Below the pieces are notes generated by a model, which did no database searches, was not told the origin of the DNA, and saw only the letters and a list, made by a program, of their open reading frames with translations. The translations under genes and the position numbers were made by a program. DNA of 64,000 nucleotides from Hydrolagus affinis (taxonomy: Eukaryota), in NCBI GenBank assembly GCA_012026655.1, contig JAAILG010001262.1:1-64000 (forward strand), read 5' to 3'. Positions 33,901-48,900 of the stretch are shown one piece after another (position 1 is the stretch's first letter; every line of letters begins with the position of its first letter).

Positions 33901-36900
33901 AAAGGCTTCATTTGTTGTTGTTCTCATGTTTAGTATTGGTTACCATACTTTAGGAAAGATTATGGGGCCATAGAGAGAGTGCAGATAAGATTTAATAGGA
34001 AGAACTAAAGATATGTAATCTGAGCAGAGATTAGAGGACTGGACCAATTTTCATTGGACGATTGAAGTTTGGAAGTTTTTAAAATTCATGAGCTTTTTTC
34101 ACAGAGTAAATAGAGAGAATTTATTTGAGTCAGTGGTTTACATTTAAGATCGTTGCCAAGGGAGTAAAGGGGGAGATTAGGAGGACTTTTTTTCCCACAT
34201 GTAGATAACTGGATGTAGAATGCCCTGCCAGAGCAGTGGTTGAGGCAGATTCCATATTAGCTTTCAAGAGGGAACTAGATAGGTGTCTGAAATTAAAATG
34301 TTTGCTGTGATATGGAGAAAAAGCGGATTGAATGTATTAACTTTCAAAGCGCCACCACAGACACAATGGGCCGGATGACAACAGCCGATATTTACATATC
34401 GGCCTTCATTTGGGATAATCTTGTAGTGCCTTATAATGATACATGGATGACGCACGAGGGGTGGCGGGGGGTGGCAGGAGATGACTGTAGGTACAGTCGA
34501 AGAAAGTTCTTTGGATAAAAATTTAATTATTTTAGCGATTATATACTCAAGCACTATGTCTGAACAGTGGCCAGTAATTTATTGCCTCACCAACTCTCTC
34601 TTCTCTTCAGGCTCCCAGGGAAGGGCTCCTGGGCTTTCTTTGATCTTAGCTTGTGAACCTGCCTCAGCATTGCAACTTTTTTTCCTATCTGATTCCTTTA
34701 TGGAGCTAATGGTCACCTGTACCGAGCACCAGCCCTGTGATTCCCATTGCTGTAAAAAGATGAGTAATTCTAATATATTTACCTCTGTTGCTATTCCCTT
34801 CCTTCTACAACTTGTAGACTTTAAAGCTGGAGTTTGTTCTTAATGTCTCTGCTTCATAATTGAATATGTTCTCTTACACTTTTCCACCTTGTTGGTGGTG
34901 TCTTGCATTACTGCCCACGGCCCTTCAACTAGAGTCCTAAATTTAAAAACAAATTGAACCTCTTGCCTTAACGAAGATTTTGGGTCCTCCAGTTCAGTGT
35001 ATTTTATTATTTTAATTTTTAAATTTATTTTGAACATCAGAAACCGACAAGAATTCTTATTTTGTCCGGGATTAAATTGCAGCCAGGTATGCCTTTTTGA
35101 GCTGCAAAGAACATTTGTATTCAAAGGTAAATTGATACCAGGAGCGTGACAGCAGGACCTATTAAATTTGATGGAAGCAGCAGCACTTTTATCACTGAGT
35201 AATGAATACCCTTCACAGTTTCCAGATTACATTCTTTGCTGCCATAATATCTAGAAGAATGATTTGGGAACATTTTATTAAAAGAATTTAATAAATTCTT
35301 TAATAATAATAGACCCCAGGGTGCTGTTCTTCTCTACCCCCCCCCCCTACCCCCCCTCCTCCACACACAATTTAAGAACACAAAAAAAAGGACAGGGCAA
35401 AAAAGGACAATTGGAAACCCATCTAACCAGTGTTATTTAAATGCCTGCTTTCACTACAGATAAAATACAGTAATCTAATTTCATTCTGCAACTGACCACT
35501 CTGTCCTCTTCGCAGCATCAACTATTTATGCACAGTCATTTTTTTTTGAGATTTGAATTGGCTTGATCCTCAAATATTTGTTTGAAAATTTAATCTTATA
35601 TGGCTTAGCTCTTCCCTCCTGTTCTTTTTATTGTGTTAAATACTACTACTTGTATGTTTATATCAACATATATGATTTAACATCCAATCCTTGTGCCACC
35701 AAACTCGCCCCATTAGTCCGTTTGGTATCCAAATACCCACTATTCCAAACTACCTTCCATTTCATTTCTGAGCTTCCTGTAGGCAGATACAAGTAATGAC
35801 TTGTTTGTATTTTGAATACTGTATTACAAAACCAATCATACACAGGGTTTCTTAAATAACCTGATCTTGGACTCAGTGCCCCACCTATCTAATTCTACTT
35901 TTATTTTTAATTTAGCTGAATTAAGTCTTTTGTATTCCAGAGACTTAACTGCAAAGTCTCATCATTCACCACAAGGGTCCCACTTGACTGCATCCTGTGA
36001 TGTTGACAAATTGTGATCTGCTTCACATTTCAGGTTCAAGCCATAATGCAGAAAATAATAATGTTGCATATGCTAAAAATCCTTACAATGCCGACAACCC
36101 ATGGAGCGATTTTGAAAGTTGGTTGTAAAAGTACTCTGAGATACTCCCAATGTCGAAGGCACTATTATAATTGCAAGTTGTTGTTGTTAAAAGTATTTTC
36201 TTACAAAATCTCATTCCAAAACTATGAGTTACTGAGTTTTTGAAGGATATTTAAATAGTGAGCATTTTTTTTGCGCACTAAGTCATACTTAAACAAATCT
36301 GTGTAATGCATGCACATATGGTCTTTTCTGTAATTCTGGTCAATTTTAAACATTGAGTACTGTATCTATGAATGGTGAGAGCTTGATACTCAGTGACCAC
36401 AATTTGTCAAGGAATCTTTCATGAGATACTTGAGATATCAGAAAGGTCCACTGCCTTGATGTTCATGTCACTCTAACCCCGGCATCTCTTTCAGCTTTCC
36501 CATTGGCAAGTTCAGTCTCCTCAATGGAGTACTTGCATTTCCTATTCTTGGATCCTACAAGGTATAATGGTACCTGGCATTTATCAGTAATAAACTTCAT
36601 TTGCCAATTGTCAGCCCTTGTGCATACCCTACCAAGCTCTGTTTGTAGGAATTTTGCAGCCTCCTTTGATTGCATTGTCCACCGTAACTTGGTTAATGCC
36701 GTTCACTACCGCTTAATGCCGCTACCCGCTTAATGCCTTTCACTATCTTGACCTAGCTCACCTAACTAGGTCTTCTGCATTCCTCCCTTCAGCCAATTGA
36801 GTCTATGTCTGATCCTTGATACTAGTTACTACAATTTGTGAAAAAGTCTTTTGTTAGGTACTTTCATACCCCTTTTGGAAGTCTAGATATACTGTACTAT

Positions 36901-39900
36901 ATCATATGGCTTTCCACAGTCAGCCAGCTTTATAGGTCATTAATAAACTCTTACCAGTTGCACAGATTTACAAATTAGATTTTAAAGTAGTGATTGTTAT
37001 AAATGCTTATAAATACCCCTCTGTGTTTCTGCAAATTGGATTTTATTTTATAAATATTTCTCTACAGTTGTACTAAATGTTGCACATTAACCTTCAAACC
37101 CAGTATGGCAAAAATCAACAAACAGAATTGACTCTGAGACTCCACTATGAAGCAGCAAAGTGGAAATCTCATATGAGAGATGAAATCTCTACAGCCTAGC
37201 TGACAGTATCTGCTGTAATGTTATGACATCTCAATCCATCTGTATGTCTGGAGCTTACTAAAGTGGGAAGATTGTCTTGGTGACTAGCAGGAGACGGCTG
37301 CCTTTATCAGCCTGAATCCACAGCCACTAATGGTAGCTTTGCAGGGACACATTGACGCAAAGCTTCCTTTTAAAGTCTTAAATTTCTTTCCAGAGCATAC
37401 CAAGTGGATTCTTGTTTTCAGTCAATAAAGCTTTTAGTTTACTTATTGAAGAATTCTCATTTAATGCAGAGCATTTTACGATATCCGACACTGAGGGGTC
37501 GATATGTGTTTCATGAAGCAATGACAGCAGAATGCTGTAGTTTGCAAATCTCTCCTTCGAGTCTGAAAACTGGCTAAAATTTCGATATTGGAAATCGAAA
37601 CTTTCTACACCATTCTATTGGCTCAGTTCCTGGCCTGCCAGGAGAATAGGCTAAATGTAGCGTGGATGGATGGGAAAGGGCAGAGCCTTTAACATTGCAG
37701 CTCCCCTGACAGCAGGCCTGCAGTTATGTAAGAAATGTATCTGTCCCCAGGGCAGGAAATAAAATGGCACAAATAAAATGAGAGAGTGGAATGAGTATAT
37801 GAATGTTTGCCTCGTGTTCTGCAATCAACATTAAAAATTAAACCAGAAAGATGGATTAATTTACCCTTATTATTCTTGTTTCTTTTATCTTGATTGGCCA
37901 ATTTTGTAAACATACACAGCTGACCGTATCCTGCTGATGCAATGCTTTCTTCGGTACTAAATGGCATAGTGAAAGAAAAGTGCTTTTATTTCTATACACA
38001 TCTCTTTTTCCCCATTCCCTCCCAAATACTAGAAGTAATTCTCATAAAAAGTCTTTTGTTTATTTTGGTGTGTGTGTTGGGGTTGGGGGGTGAGAGGGGA
38101 ATGTTGTACGCTGCCAAATTACACAACTAGTTTATCACATCATCCGATTGATTCCAGTCAGGACTACATTAAGCTGCGTGCCTTTCTCAGATGGGACTAA
38201 TGTAACTGATCTGTCAATCACGAGCATTGCGATTGGAGTATTTCTACTTTAGTGAAAGAGCATGTTCTCATTATTGGAAACTAACCTGAGTGTAGTCTCC
38301 CCGAATGCTTCCGAGGCAACAAAAATGGCATTTATATAACACCTTTCTTGTCTGGACAACATCCTAAGGAGCTGAACAATTCAGGGTTTGCACCCGAGCT
38401 GGAGATTGAACTCGAGGAGTAGAGGGCCAAAGGTTGGAGAAGGGAGGATGAGTGAAGACTCCGTCAAAGAGGAAGGTCTTGAAAGAAGCAAGGAAGGGAG
38501 AAAGGCAAAGGGACTCCAGGATGGAGTTCCAGAGAGTGGGGCAGAAGGGCTGAAGGCTTGATCGTGGTAGTGGGGCGGGCAGGATGGTGAACATGGAGTA
38601 GGCTAGTGCCCGCTGAGTGGAGAGAGAGGCCAGGTTGATAAGGCAAGCAAATTGATGGGTCGCGGCTTGCAGATCATGTGTTTAGTAGACCTGCTTCAGG
38701 TTATAGGCTTCTGTTGTGGTACTGAATTGCACAACTTCCACTTGACCAAAAATAGCTAACTTTGCCTTCATAGCTTATTATGTCACCTGAACCTCAAGAG
38801 TAATTTCAGCCTTATTGGTCCCTCCTGTATTGTACTGTAACCATTTTTACATTTTACAGGAGAATTAACTCTAACTTATAAATGCACAATTTATTTTAAA
38901 ACTTCAATTAAAAAAAAATGAAATGGGTCGATAGAAAACTGTGAACAATGATCAAACCTTTAAAACCGCTTTCAACGTGCATCACTGTGGTGACTCCATT
39001 TGAAAACCTCCATGTGGTTGTCAGTGTGTCCAAATATTTGCCTGAAAGATATATATTTTTAGATGATCTCTGTTACTGAGTCTGTTTGTTGTACTGACTG
39101 GAGGATTAGCTGCAAAGCAGGGATCTTCTTACTGTAACTATCTGTTTCTTGTTGCTGCCAGTAGACTTAACTTCTTTGTTGTCCTAGGCATAATTTAATA
39201 CCTTTAACTTGGAGAATGGCCATCAGGATGACTGTTGTTGTTACTAATACTATAAGGCAGTGGTCATTAATTTGGAAAATACAGTGCTATCTATTTCAGT
39301 ATCCTAAAATATCTTTGGCCTTGTGAGAGATGCATGAAATGCAGTGATCATTTTTCATGCTGTAGAGAATCCCTTCCCCTGTTGTGTGTGTGCTATCTTT
39401 CTTCCCTTTCCCACACTCCCAACAGAACCTAATGCAGTATTACTTTTGTAATGTTACGCAATGCTTATGTAGTCGGTTATTTACACAGATTATTATAGAT
39501 GATCCTTGGCCAAATTGTTTTGAGTTATTAAAAACACTAAATCAATCCATGTTCATGAGATAGAGGAAAGTGAACTTGATTCAAGCTCAGATGGAAGGGT
39601 AAAGAGTTGGAACAAAATAATAATCCTTGCATTTGGTATAGTTCTTTTCATGTCTTCTAGACGTCTCAAAGTCCTTTACAGAATATACTGTAAAGTGAAT
39701 TGATTGTATTTTTGTGGGCAAAACACGGCAGCCAATTTCGCACAGCAGTGTCCCACAAACATGGATTGAAGTGACCAATTTTTTTTTGAGGGATTATTAT
39801 TAGGCATGTGGGGTAAGGAAACTTGCCCATTGTTTTGCCCTGCCGGGGATCAAACCCAGATCTCTCGTTTGTAAGGCGAGTGCTCTAACCACTGAGCTAC

Positions 39901-42900
39901 AGGACTCCACAAATGCTGAGATTTCACATAAGATCTGTGAATTAGAGTAAACAACTGAAGCATTTGATATATTCAGTGCCTGACATGAAAAGATGCTGGA
40001 ATGGAGCCGAATACAACAGCCTCAGTTTTGTTCACACTTCTGAGTTGGAGAAAGTTGAGTCTCATCTGGGACTTGAAGAATCTTTTAACCAAACAATTGT
40101 TTTGGACACCTGGGTGTCTTGATACATGCATAAACACATTACCATGCTTGAGTATCCAAACTAAACTGAGAATTAATAATGATAATCCTTGCATTTTTAA
40201 TATAGCGCTGTTCACGTCTTCTACACATCTCAAAGCGCTTCACAGAATGTACTGTAAAGTGAATTGACTGTATATTTGTGGGCCAGATAGGACCAAGGTA
40301 GAGTATTGGCTTGCAGGGTTAACAGGAATTGAATGTGAAAATATGCCACTGAGAGTTCATGTGCACAGTTTCATTTTGTTTTACAGGGAATGCACTCAAA
40401 TCAATTTGGGCAAGTCTGTATCTGATCATTAGAAACAACTACTTGCTGCCTGTATAACCAGAGGCTGAGTGACAGCTGATTCATTACAATTCTGGTATGA
40501 CCTTGGGCAGGTAAAAAGCCTCCAGTACAATTAAGGATGGTACTGTGCAGACATTATAGTGCCTCATTTGCTGGGCGAATAGAAAAGTGGAAATATTTGC
40601 CCACCGCACTGCGCATATATACCGGAGCCTCTCTGACCACAGTTTTTTCAGATAAACTATGCGATAGGCCCAGGCCCAGAAACAACATTTTTCAGCAGGT
40701 TTACAGCGGATTCAGTGGAAAATACTGTGGCCGCGCTTTTGTATTGGCCCAGCACATTTGTAAACGTTAGTAGGTTAGGTTAGCAGCTACAGAGTCACAG
40801 TTATATTTTTTTTTAAATGTAACATCTGTGGAGAATAGAAAACTAATGACATTCTTGGTAGCAATACATAAGGAAGGACAGACTTATAACCGAGGAATGA
40901 GGATAATCAAGAATGGAGAGCATGGTTCGAAATGCCTGAAGATAATTGGCAGGAATTTAGTCAAGCAGTGAAAACTATGTTCAAAATAATAACCAAGGTT
41001 GTTGGTGAACATATAAGAGGAGCAGGAAGAGAAATTTGATAGCGAACCAGGGTGTCTTACAGGAAGACTGTTAAATGGCTCTCTGTTTAGCATGAAGTGA
41101 AGAAAAAAGTAGATGAGGTCAACTAACTACTGTTCTTAAACTGAATTGAAATTGAGGTAAGGTTAAGATGAAAGACAAGGAGGAATATGTTCTTGTGTGG
41201 ATCTTCCTGAAATACAGAGTGGATTTAAGACCATTACCTTGGATTGTTTAATTTTGGTTTATCTTTGACTCCTCCGTTTTCTCCTGATGTGAGGAGAAAG
41301 GAGAGCAATCTTATGATTGAACTGGATGCCAAGATTGCACATTGAACTGCATTGGTCCAGGGAATTTCAGGAGATCAGAGCCTGAAGTCAGGAGATGCTG
41401 GGGGTGCCAAGGAGATGGGTCTGCCTGACCTTCATTATGAACACAGATGTCACTTCTACAGTGACGATCATTGTGGAAATGATCGTCACTGTGTTTAAAT
41501 GAACTGTGGACAAATTAACATCCTTATCTTTATCAGCTGACTTGTTACAAACCAGGAATCTGGGACTCTACTAAAAATAATAATAATAAAATTATTACTA
41601 ACCTGTGTATCAGGATACAACACCTCTTTCTATTAACTTCCAGAGCAATTTCAAAGGAGCAATTTTTGCTTATCCTAGAATTTTCTTAATAGAGTCTGAA
41701 AAATGATTTTTTTTTGTGCAATACCACTTTTTGTGGGCTACAAGATGATTACTGATTTCAGCTGGCTCAGTGGCTTGAAAAGCTTTTAGCTTCCAAATCT
41801 GCTCTGCTGACGAGCAAATATGCCAGCCATATTAAGGTCTCAGTATCAGGCAAACCTTCAGAATAATTTATATGGGGAAAGTGAAAAGACTGATAACCAC
41901 ACATAATATGTTTATAAACTGTAGTACTTACTCTGGCAAAATGTCAAGAAACTTTGAGAAAATGCATGTTGCAAATGCTATTTTTACTCTATTAAGATCT
42001 TAACCCTTCTGTAATCTTGCTGATATCAATTGCCAATATTGGAGCCTTCTGATCTTCACATTTCTCTCTGTTGACGGTCAAGGCTCCTATCTCTATACCT
42101 CTGCAAAGGAATATAGTGGAATATGGGATTGATCCTATGTAGCCAGCATTCTATATTTGTATAGAAAATTCTGCTTCGAAGGAACCTTCAATAACGAAAG
42201 AGAAAATGCAGTACAGTATTAGCGGCTGAATTGTAATCATATAGAGTTAAGTAAAAGTTATTGCAAGCACACAGATGGAGATGAAAGTATAAAAGAGATG
42301 AGATGGATTTAAAAATCACAACAAAATAAAGGTTATATAACTAACGGATGTAGCATCCTTAAAGTATTTTTTAAACAGAAGGTCACCTGAAATCCTTCAA
42401 GATAGGCCTGTGGAAAGGTGGCATTCATTATATAGAAGGACAGTTGAACTTAAAACAAGAATTTCACATAATCGTGCTACAGTATTTTATTAATTAAAAA
42501 TCCCCTTCTCTATCATTATCTGATTTTTAATTACAAGAAAAACATTTTAGCAAATCCACTTTTGTGCTCCACAGCAGGAATTGTTTATACTCATCAGGAC
42601 AGTTCATGGTGAAAATTACTTTAGTACATTTGTGTCCATTCCAGCGATTCTTTGGGTCAAAAGATCAGTTTAGTGAACAGAGTTCCTTCCTCACTTGCCT
42701 TGTGCTGCAACTGTCAGTCCCCATCCCGTTCCCTCCCTGATCTAGCGTTAGGTTTTATTTTACATGCTGTTGCGTTATATTTTACATGCTGTTTTGTTTG
42801 CATATTGTTCTAAGCCAAGCCTGCTATAAGATCATCAGCATTGAGAATAAATAGATTAAAGTAGAAATCTTGTAAGATCTCCTGACCAATTAGTATTACT

Positions 42901-45900
42901 ACCCATCCTCCTACTAATAGGATCGTTCTCTGCTCATTCCACTAAGACAAAAACTGTGTGAATCCTCCCATGATAAATCAGGGCTACATTGCTGTCGGTG
43001 TTGTCAACAAGCTTAAGATAAAGATTTAAAGAGGAAGAAGAAAAAAAAAATGATTTAAGGAAGAATTAATCCTTCCAGTAGCAAAATCAGTGCTCAAATC
43101 AAGTAGTTCAGACAACAAAACATATTTTGAAATGATCCTTGGGCTTGAAATTAGTTGGCGGAATCCGTTAAATTGCAAAGATAATAATAATAAAAATAAT
43201 GCTTGAATTTGATATATCGCCATATCGCATCTTCAAGATGTCTCAACGTACTTCACGGAATATACTCTAAAGTGAATTGACTGTATATTTTGTGGGTAAA
43301 GCATAGAAGCTAAATTAATCCTGTGAAGAGTTTTCCATGGTAAGTGCTGTGAATAGACATTGAAAACGAATGTTCCATTTTATAAGTTTTCTTTCTCCTT
43401 TCCCTACAGCTTTGACTGCTTACACTTATTTAACCATCTTTGATCTCTTCAGGTAATTTTTACATCTTTTCATTTTTATTTAGAACTATTTTTATGTGCT
43501 TTAAAGAAAGTCACTTTCAATGAGAATGTTCTTGTCCTGATGGGCTCAATGCTCAATGCTGGTCGCTATTAAGAATTTTTAAAATCTGTACCTGTCATTA
43601 TAAATAACAAATGTGATATATATATTTTAAAATTACATGAGCGATATGAAATATACTTTGAAAAAATCTGCTTTTTAAAAAAAAAGTGCATAAGGACAAA
43701 TTTTCCAAGATCAGTGAACACCCTTAGTCCACTTCACTGAATGTGCTAACTGGACAATAACACACCCACAGAAATTTCCATGCCAGCAGTAGCATAATCT
43801 GACATGGGCAGAAACTCATCACCATACATAAGACTGTCAAAAACCAAACAGAGTTCAACATGTGTATGATACCTACACATGGGTATTTCCCTCTTCTTGG
43901 GGGGATATTTGCTTACCTATTTCCGGAAAATATGAGGTGCAGGTTGGCAAAAGCCAAGGCTTGTGGACTCCAGCACTTCAGCATGTTAATTGAGGTACTG
44001 CTGGAGTTTAACCAGTTAAAGCATGTACCTTACTACCATTGAGAATCGTATCTGGCAAGCTTCATCCTGTGGTTAGGATAACCCTATGGGTTGGGGCTTC
44101 GGCTTGGCTGGTCTGTTATCAGCAGTGCCTCGGAGAGAGCAGCATACTCTAGCATACATGTTATACTGTGACAGAGAGGCAAAGGGAGAAAACAGCATAC
44201 TCTGGCAGAGAGAATGAGAGGGCAGAGGCGGAAATAAAGTAGAACATAATCTGATAGAAGTGACAAATTCTGACAGAGAGAGCAGCATATTTTGCATCCA
44301 GGTCACTGGTATTTCTGATTTGGCTGGTGTGTTTTGCCCATTTAATTTTTTTAAAAATGGACTCTATTTAAAAATATCTCACATGATTGAAATCAAAAGC
44401 CCGTGTGATGAATTGTAGATGGTCTATTAATGCTCAGTAGTCCTGCTGTTGTAATGTGGTTTAAAGTTGGTCCCTTTTTTAAAAAAATTTATGTTATGCC
44501 ATGTTTTTCTTCAAAGGAAGAACGCAACAAAAATTTGTTTCTTTGAATATTGGGCATGAAGAAACACTGCTTGAATAATTTAGTCTGCTACATTTTCTGC
44601 TAACGAAGTATAGCGAAAACTGCAAAGAACATTTCATAGTTTTGAGTCAAATACATGATGCAGCCAACTGCTTAAGGAATTAATCCTTACCTTGCTGAAT
44701 ACACAAGGAAATTCCCACTGTTAGCTCAATATTTCCAGTGACCATCAATCTGCTAACTGCTGTCATTTGTGAAAGTAACTTGTTCGATTGGCAAAAGTTA
44801 TGAGGTCTGACATCACTTGAGGCACCAGAGGAAGTGAAATGTCTCTGATCTCTTTTTACTGTGACAAAATCACTTTGGATTTTGTTGCTTTAAATCAACA
44901 TCAGAAAAATTTAATGCAGAAGGTCTGTAAAAATGCAAGTTAACACATGTCCTTGATGCCTGACCTTCAAAGATCCTTTCTGCCCAGCAGCCTTCCTTTT
45001 GTCAAAGAAGAAAAGGTGGAGTGTCTCTGTGTTTATTTTCTGCAATTGTATTTGCTGTAACCTTTACAAGGGGCATTTGTATCACAACTGATCGGTAAAC
45101 ATAGTTATGCAGATCATGACAATCTCAGCAAACTGTGCCTCTCCATTTCAATAAATATAAATGGCTACTGGCAAAGGATTACTACTTCACATACAGCAGT
45201 GTCAGATAGTGTTGTCATTGACAAAAATTAGGTAAAGAGCAAACTTGTCCCCAAGACACATCAGTCCCCAATGACAGCTGTGATAGTCATTCATGCCTTA
45301 TAAAGTCTTTGCCAATGTAAAATGTGGTTACCTCTCTAAAAAATATCAAATCATTTTTACTTTTAATGTTTTGGATTTCTTTTAAAAATGTGGATGCAGA
45401 AAAATCCTGGAGCACAGTAACATCAAATAGCTTTCTTTGTTTTTAATGCTCAGCATTATTGAGTTCACTCTGTTTCTTCCTTAGTTTGGTCACTTGCCTA
45501 ATAAGTTTCTGGGTGACATTGAAGAAGCCGAGTGCAGGGTATTCTTTTGGGTAAGTGTTTGTTCAATATTACTCACTACTTTGGACACCAATGCAAGGGA
45601 GGTGAAATGATTGTGTACCTTTCAGAATGAAATGACTTTCCAGACCCTTTAAGATCAATGAGGTGAGTACAAGGTGACTTCATTTTGATTTATTGAGGCA
45701 AATATTCAACTGTAGTATTAGTATCAAAATATAATATTTTATCTAACTAGGTAATATAATGATATCATCATCTAATCATTGGCTTTTGATATATAGGTAG
45801 TGAGCAATTTAAAAAAATTGGTAGCTACCTACAAAGGAGTAGTGCACCCACTGTTGGGTTGGCTGGTGGTGTGTTCCTATTCCACCCTGCTCCTGCGTGC

Positions 45901-48900
45901 TGCTCCAACCAGAGTGACACCTATTGTGAACTGCATCAGTTCTCAGTAACACCCCTAGATGGAGCCATGGGATGTCCCGTTTCACAGAATGAAGAGCTGG
46001 AGATGAATGCTGTTCTCCTCAACCAAACAACCAACCGAACAAAGAATGGTCACATGAAATCTGTAGACTTAGACTATACTCAGCAAAACACCATGCAGCT
46101 TGGCTGAAATCCTTGCCTATCCCAAGTTTAAAATGTAAATTCAGCTCTGTTAGAAATAAAATATAATCTTTTCTGTAGCCTTACACCATACTAACAGATG
46201 GCTTTTAGTCAGTCATGACCAGCCTCTTTGATTCTATCACTGATGCATGAAGGAGCCTCAATTTATTTTTTCCTCTGCCCCCCCCCACCGCCCCCTTTAA
46301 AACACAACGCTCTTTCACAGAAACATTCATCCACCCGACTCTTCCCCATTAAGGTGACATCAAATCTGTGGGAGTCATTTCACAGAAAATTATGTTTTAG
46401 TTCTGTTACAGAGAAGTAATCACTGCAATAAGATACTGAGACAGCTACTGAAGTTTCCCCTTTAAGGAAACTGCAAGTGGGAGATATTGAGAGTGGGGCT
46501 GGGGGAAATATAACAGTTTATTCCCTGCTTTTCCCTCATTAAGTAATACAAGTGGGCACTTTCATCTTGATCTGCACTTTATTTATCTCTATTCTGTTTA
46601 GCCTAGATTTTTAGAGAACATAATTTTACTGAAGTCTCATTCATGTTTTACGAACACAAGAAATGTTGAGGATGAATAAAAGTGTTTGGTCCCATCCAAG
46701 CACTTTCTTTCAACAGAGTATGCGATCCAATCTAAGCATTATGTGGAAGATACTGCAATGGAGATGTATTTAGGTTTATATAAGGCTCGTAATTGCAGTT
46801 CAAGAGGAGTGTTTTAAATTTGCCCCATCTCCCACTGTAAAATACAGTATACATGGATTAATGCATCAGGCAATCTGTTGTGATTTGCAAGATGTTGGTG
46901 AGGTGTGCTACTATTTCAAAAAATTTACGCTGTTTGACAAATGGGTGTGAAATAACAGCAGAAAGGTTTGAAGAACAAAAATATTTAAATTGGGGAACTG
47001 TGCCAGTGTCTTTGGATGTCCTCCTGACGTGAAAGATGCTATACAAGTGTAATTTTGTTGTTGTTGTTGTTCACAGAAAATATCTGGCGAAACATTTTCA
47101 ACATTGATAAACTAAAATTTAATCTCATTCTGCTTTAATATCTGCAGCGATAATAATAATAGGTAACTGTTTTAAAAAGTTAACTTTCTATAAGATTTGA
47201 ATAAACAGGCATTGAATGAAATGCTCAGGTCTTATTGTGTTTTTTTAAATTATCCTCACTGGTCAGTATTTTCACTCATTCTTAGAGATAGTCATGCTTT
47301 TTCCTATTTGGTGTGGCATTCTTTGAAGATCTTGACCGGACACAAAACCAATGATCCTTTTTTAATTTCTTTCCTCTGGCAATGACATGTGGTATTTTTA
47401 GCTTCCATTATGTCATGGTGCTTTGGAGCAACAATTGCTGGGGGAAAAAAAGTGGAGTTGGGAGTGTCGCTGTGATGGAGGAGATCAACAGAAGGAACCT
47501 AACTGCACTGGAGGCTTTGTCCATTTCATCATCATTCCCTGCTTGCCAGGCAGCTTCAGCAGTCACTGCAGGCAGACGGAGCAGCATTTCCCTGTTCCAT
47601 CTGCAGTTGCAAACTACTTACTGAAATCTGGGTAACATGGAGACTACAGAGTAATCTTCTCAGTGAACTAGAATGTCTGTCTGGCTGCAGTTTGCACTGT
47701 TTAAATATTAAAATCTCTTTGGAAGATTGCCAGAAAACATTGTTTCAGGTTTTTGAAAGGAGAGGAGAGGTGGAAAACTAATCTGAAGATTGTCTGTAAT
47801 TTTCCTGGTGTGCTGTGGGGTTCTGCCAACCTGCACCAAAACTCTGAAATTAAATAAGTAGTATGCATCCCTCTGAGAGGAGTGCACACTCCAAACCAGG
47901 CAAATGTAAACCATACATATATGCAGCTCTTAATGGTTTGGTTTGAAGTCTCTCAAACACAGTGATGATTTTCTGCAGAATGTCAAAGCCCACTCCCCCA
48001 AAAACTGTATTTTGCCTTGCTGTTTCTAACTGAAAATAACCAAACTTGGTTAGATCCCACATTGAAGGGAAGGACATTTTTCTGGGTGGATATTTGTCTG
48101 GGTTGACATTTTTCTGGGTTGAAAAAATGATCTTAAAGGGACACGTTTGTTTTACCTGTCTTTGAAATTAGAATCTGTTGTAATTTTCCTCCCATTTGAT
48201 TCAACTATTCTTTACTGTAGGTATCAGATACAATTATGAAAGAGAATAGAATCTTTCCAGAATATGAGAATGCATTTTCTGCTTCACTTCCCTCCACTTT
48301 GTGCAGAAGCTAGTGTCTAATTCCAATGGAGCTCATTTAGAAACTTAAAATTAAAGCTAGTTAATTGCAATTACCAAATGCCAACAGTCTGAACATGAAA
48401 TGCAATCATTATTTTGAAAAGGTTAGATGCATTTACTCTGCTGGGGTGCTGATTTAGGAAACCTCTACAACAACAAAAACAAAATTACATATGTTTAGTG
48501 CCTCTACATTAGTCATATCAATTCTCAAACCTTTTGGCTTGTTAAATCATTGAACTTTTCTTTAAAGTTAATTTTCAGTCGTTGATATATTTTTATTCTG
48601 GTTAACTTCAATGTTTTTTTGGGTGGTGGGGGAATATGGTGACGGAGGCAATTAGATAAGTTGAATTGAGGGAAAAAATCATATAACAGGTTGAGAATGG
48701 AGATACCAAACTGCTGAATTTCATTGTTTTTTTTTATTGTTTGTCTAAAATTAGAGAAGATGGAGGGGAAGAAAAATTCACAAAGTGGGTTATCTGAGAG
48801 AGACAGGAATTTATAATGGAAATAAAACTGTTAAACTGATAGCTTTGCCAGCAGCCTGTTAATATCAATTTATGTAATTTATTTTGCCTTTGCTGCATCA

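Noticed and set aside
34560-35124. Nested minus-strand gene (ORF 34840..35124 and its continuation)
   Set aside because: Interrupted by a stop, no recognisable domain or splice structure; possibly an old retroelement remnant, but I cannot support a call
47382-47635. Extra + strand cassette exon in intron 5
   Set aside because: Weak splice signals, no similarity to ZnT proteins, and exons 5 and 6 already join in phase
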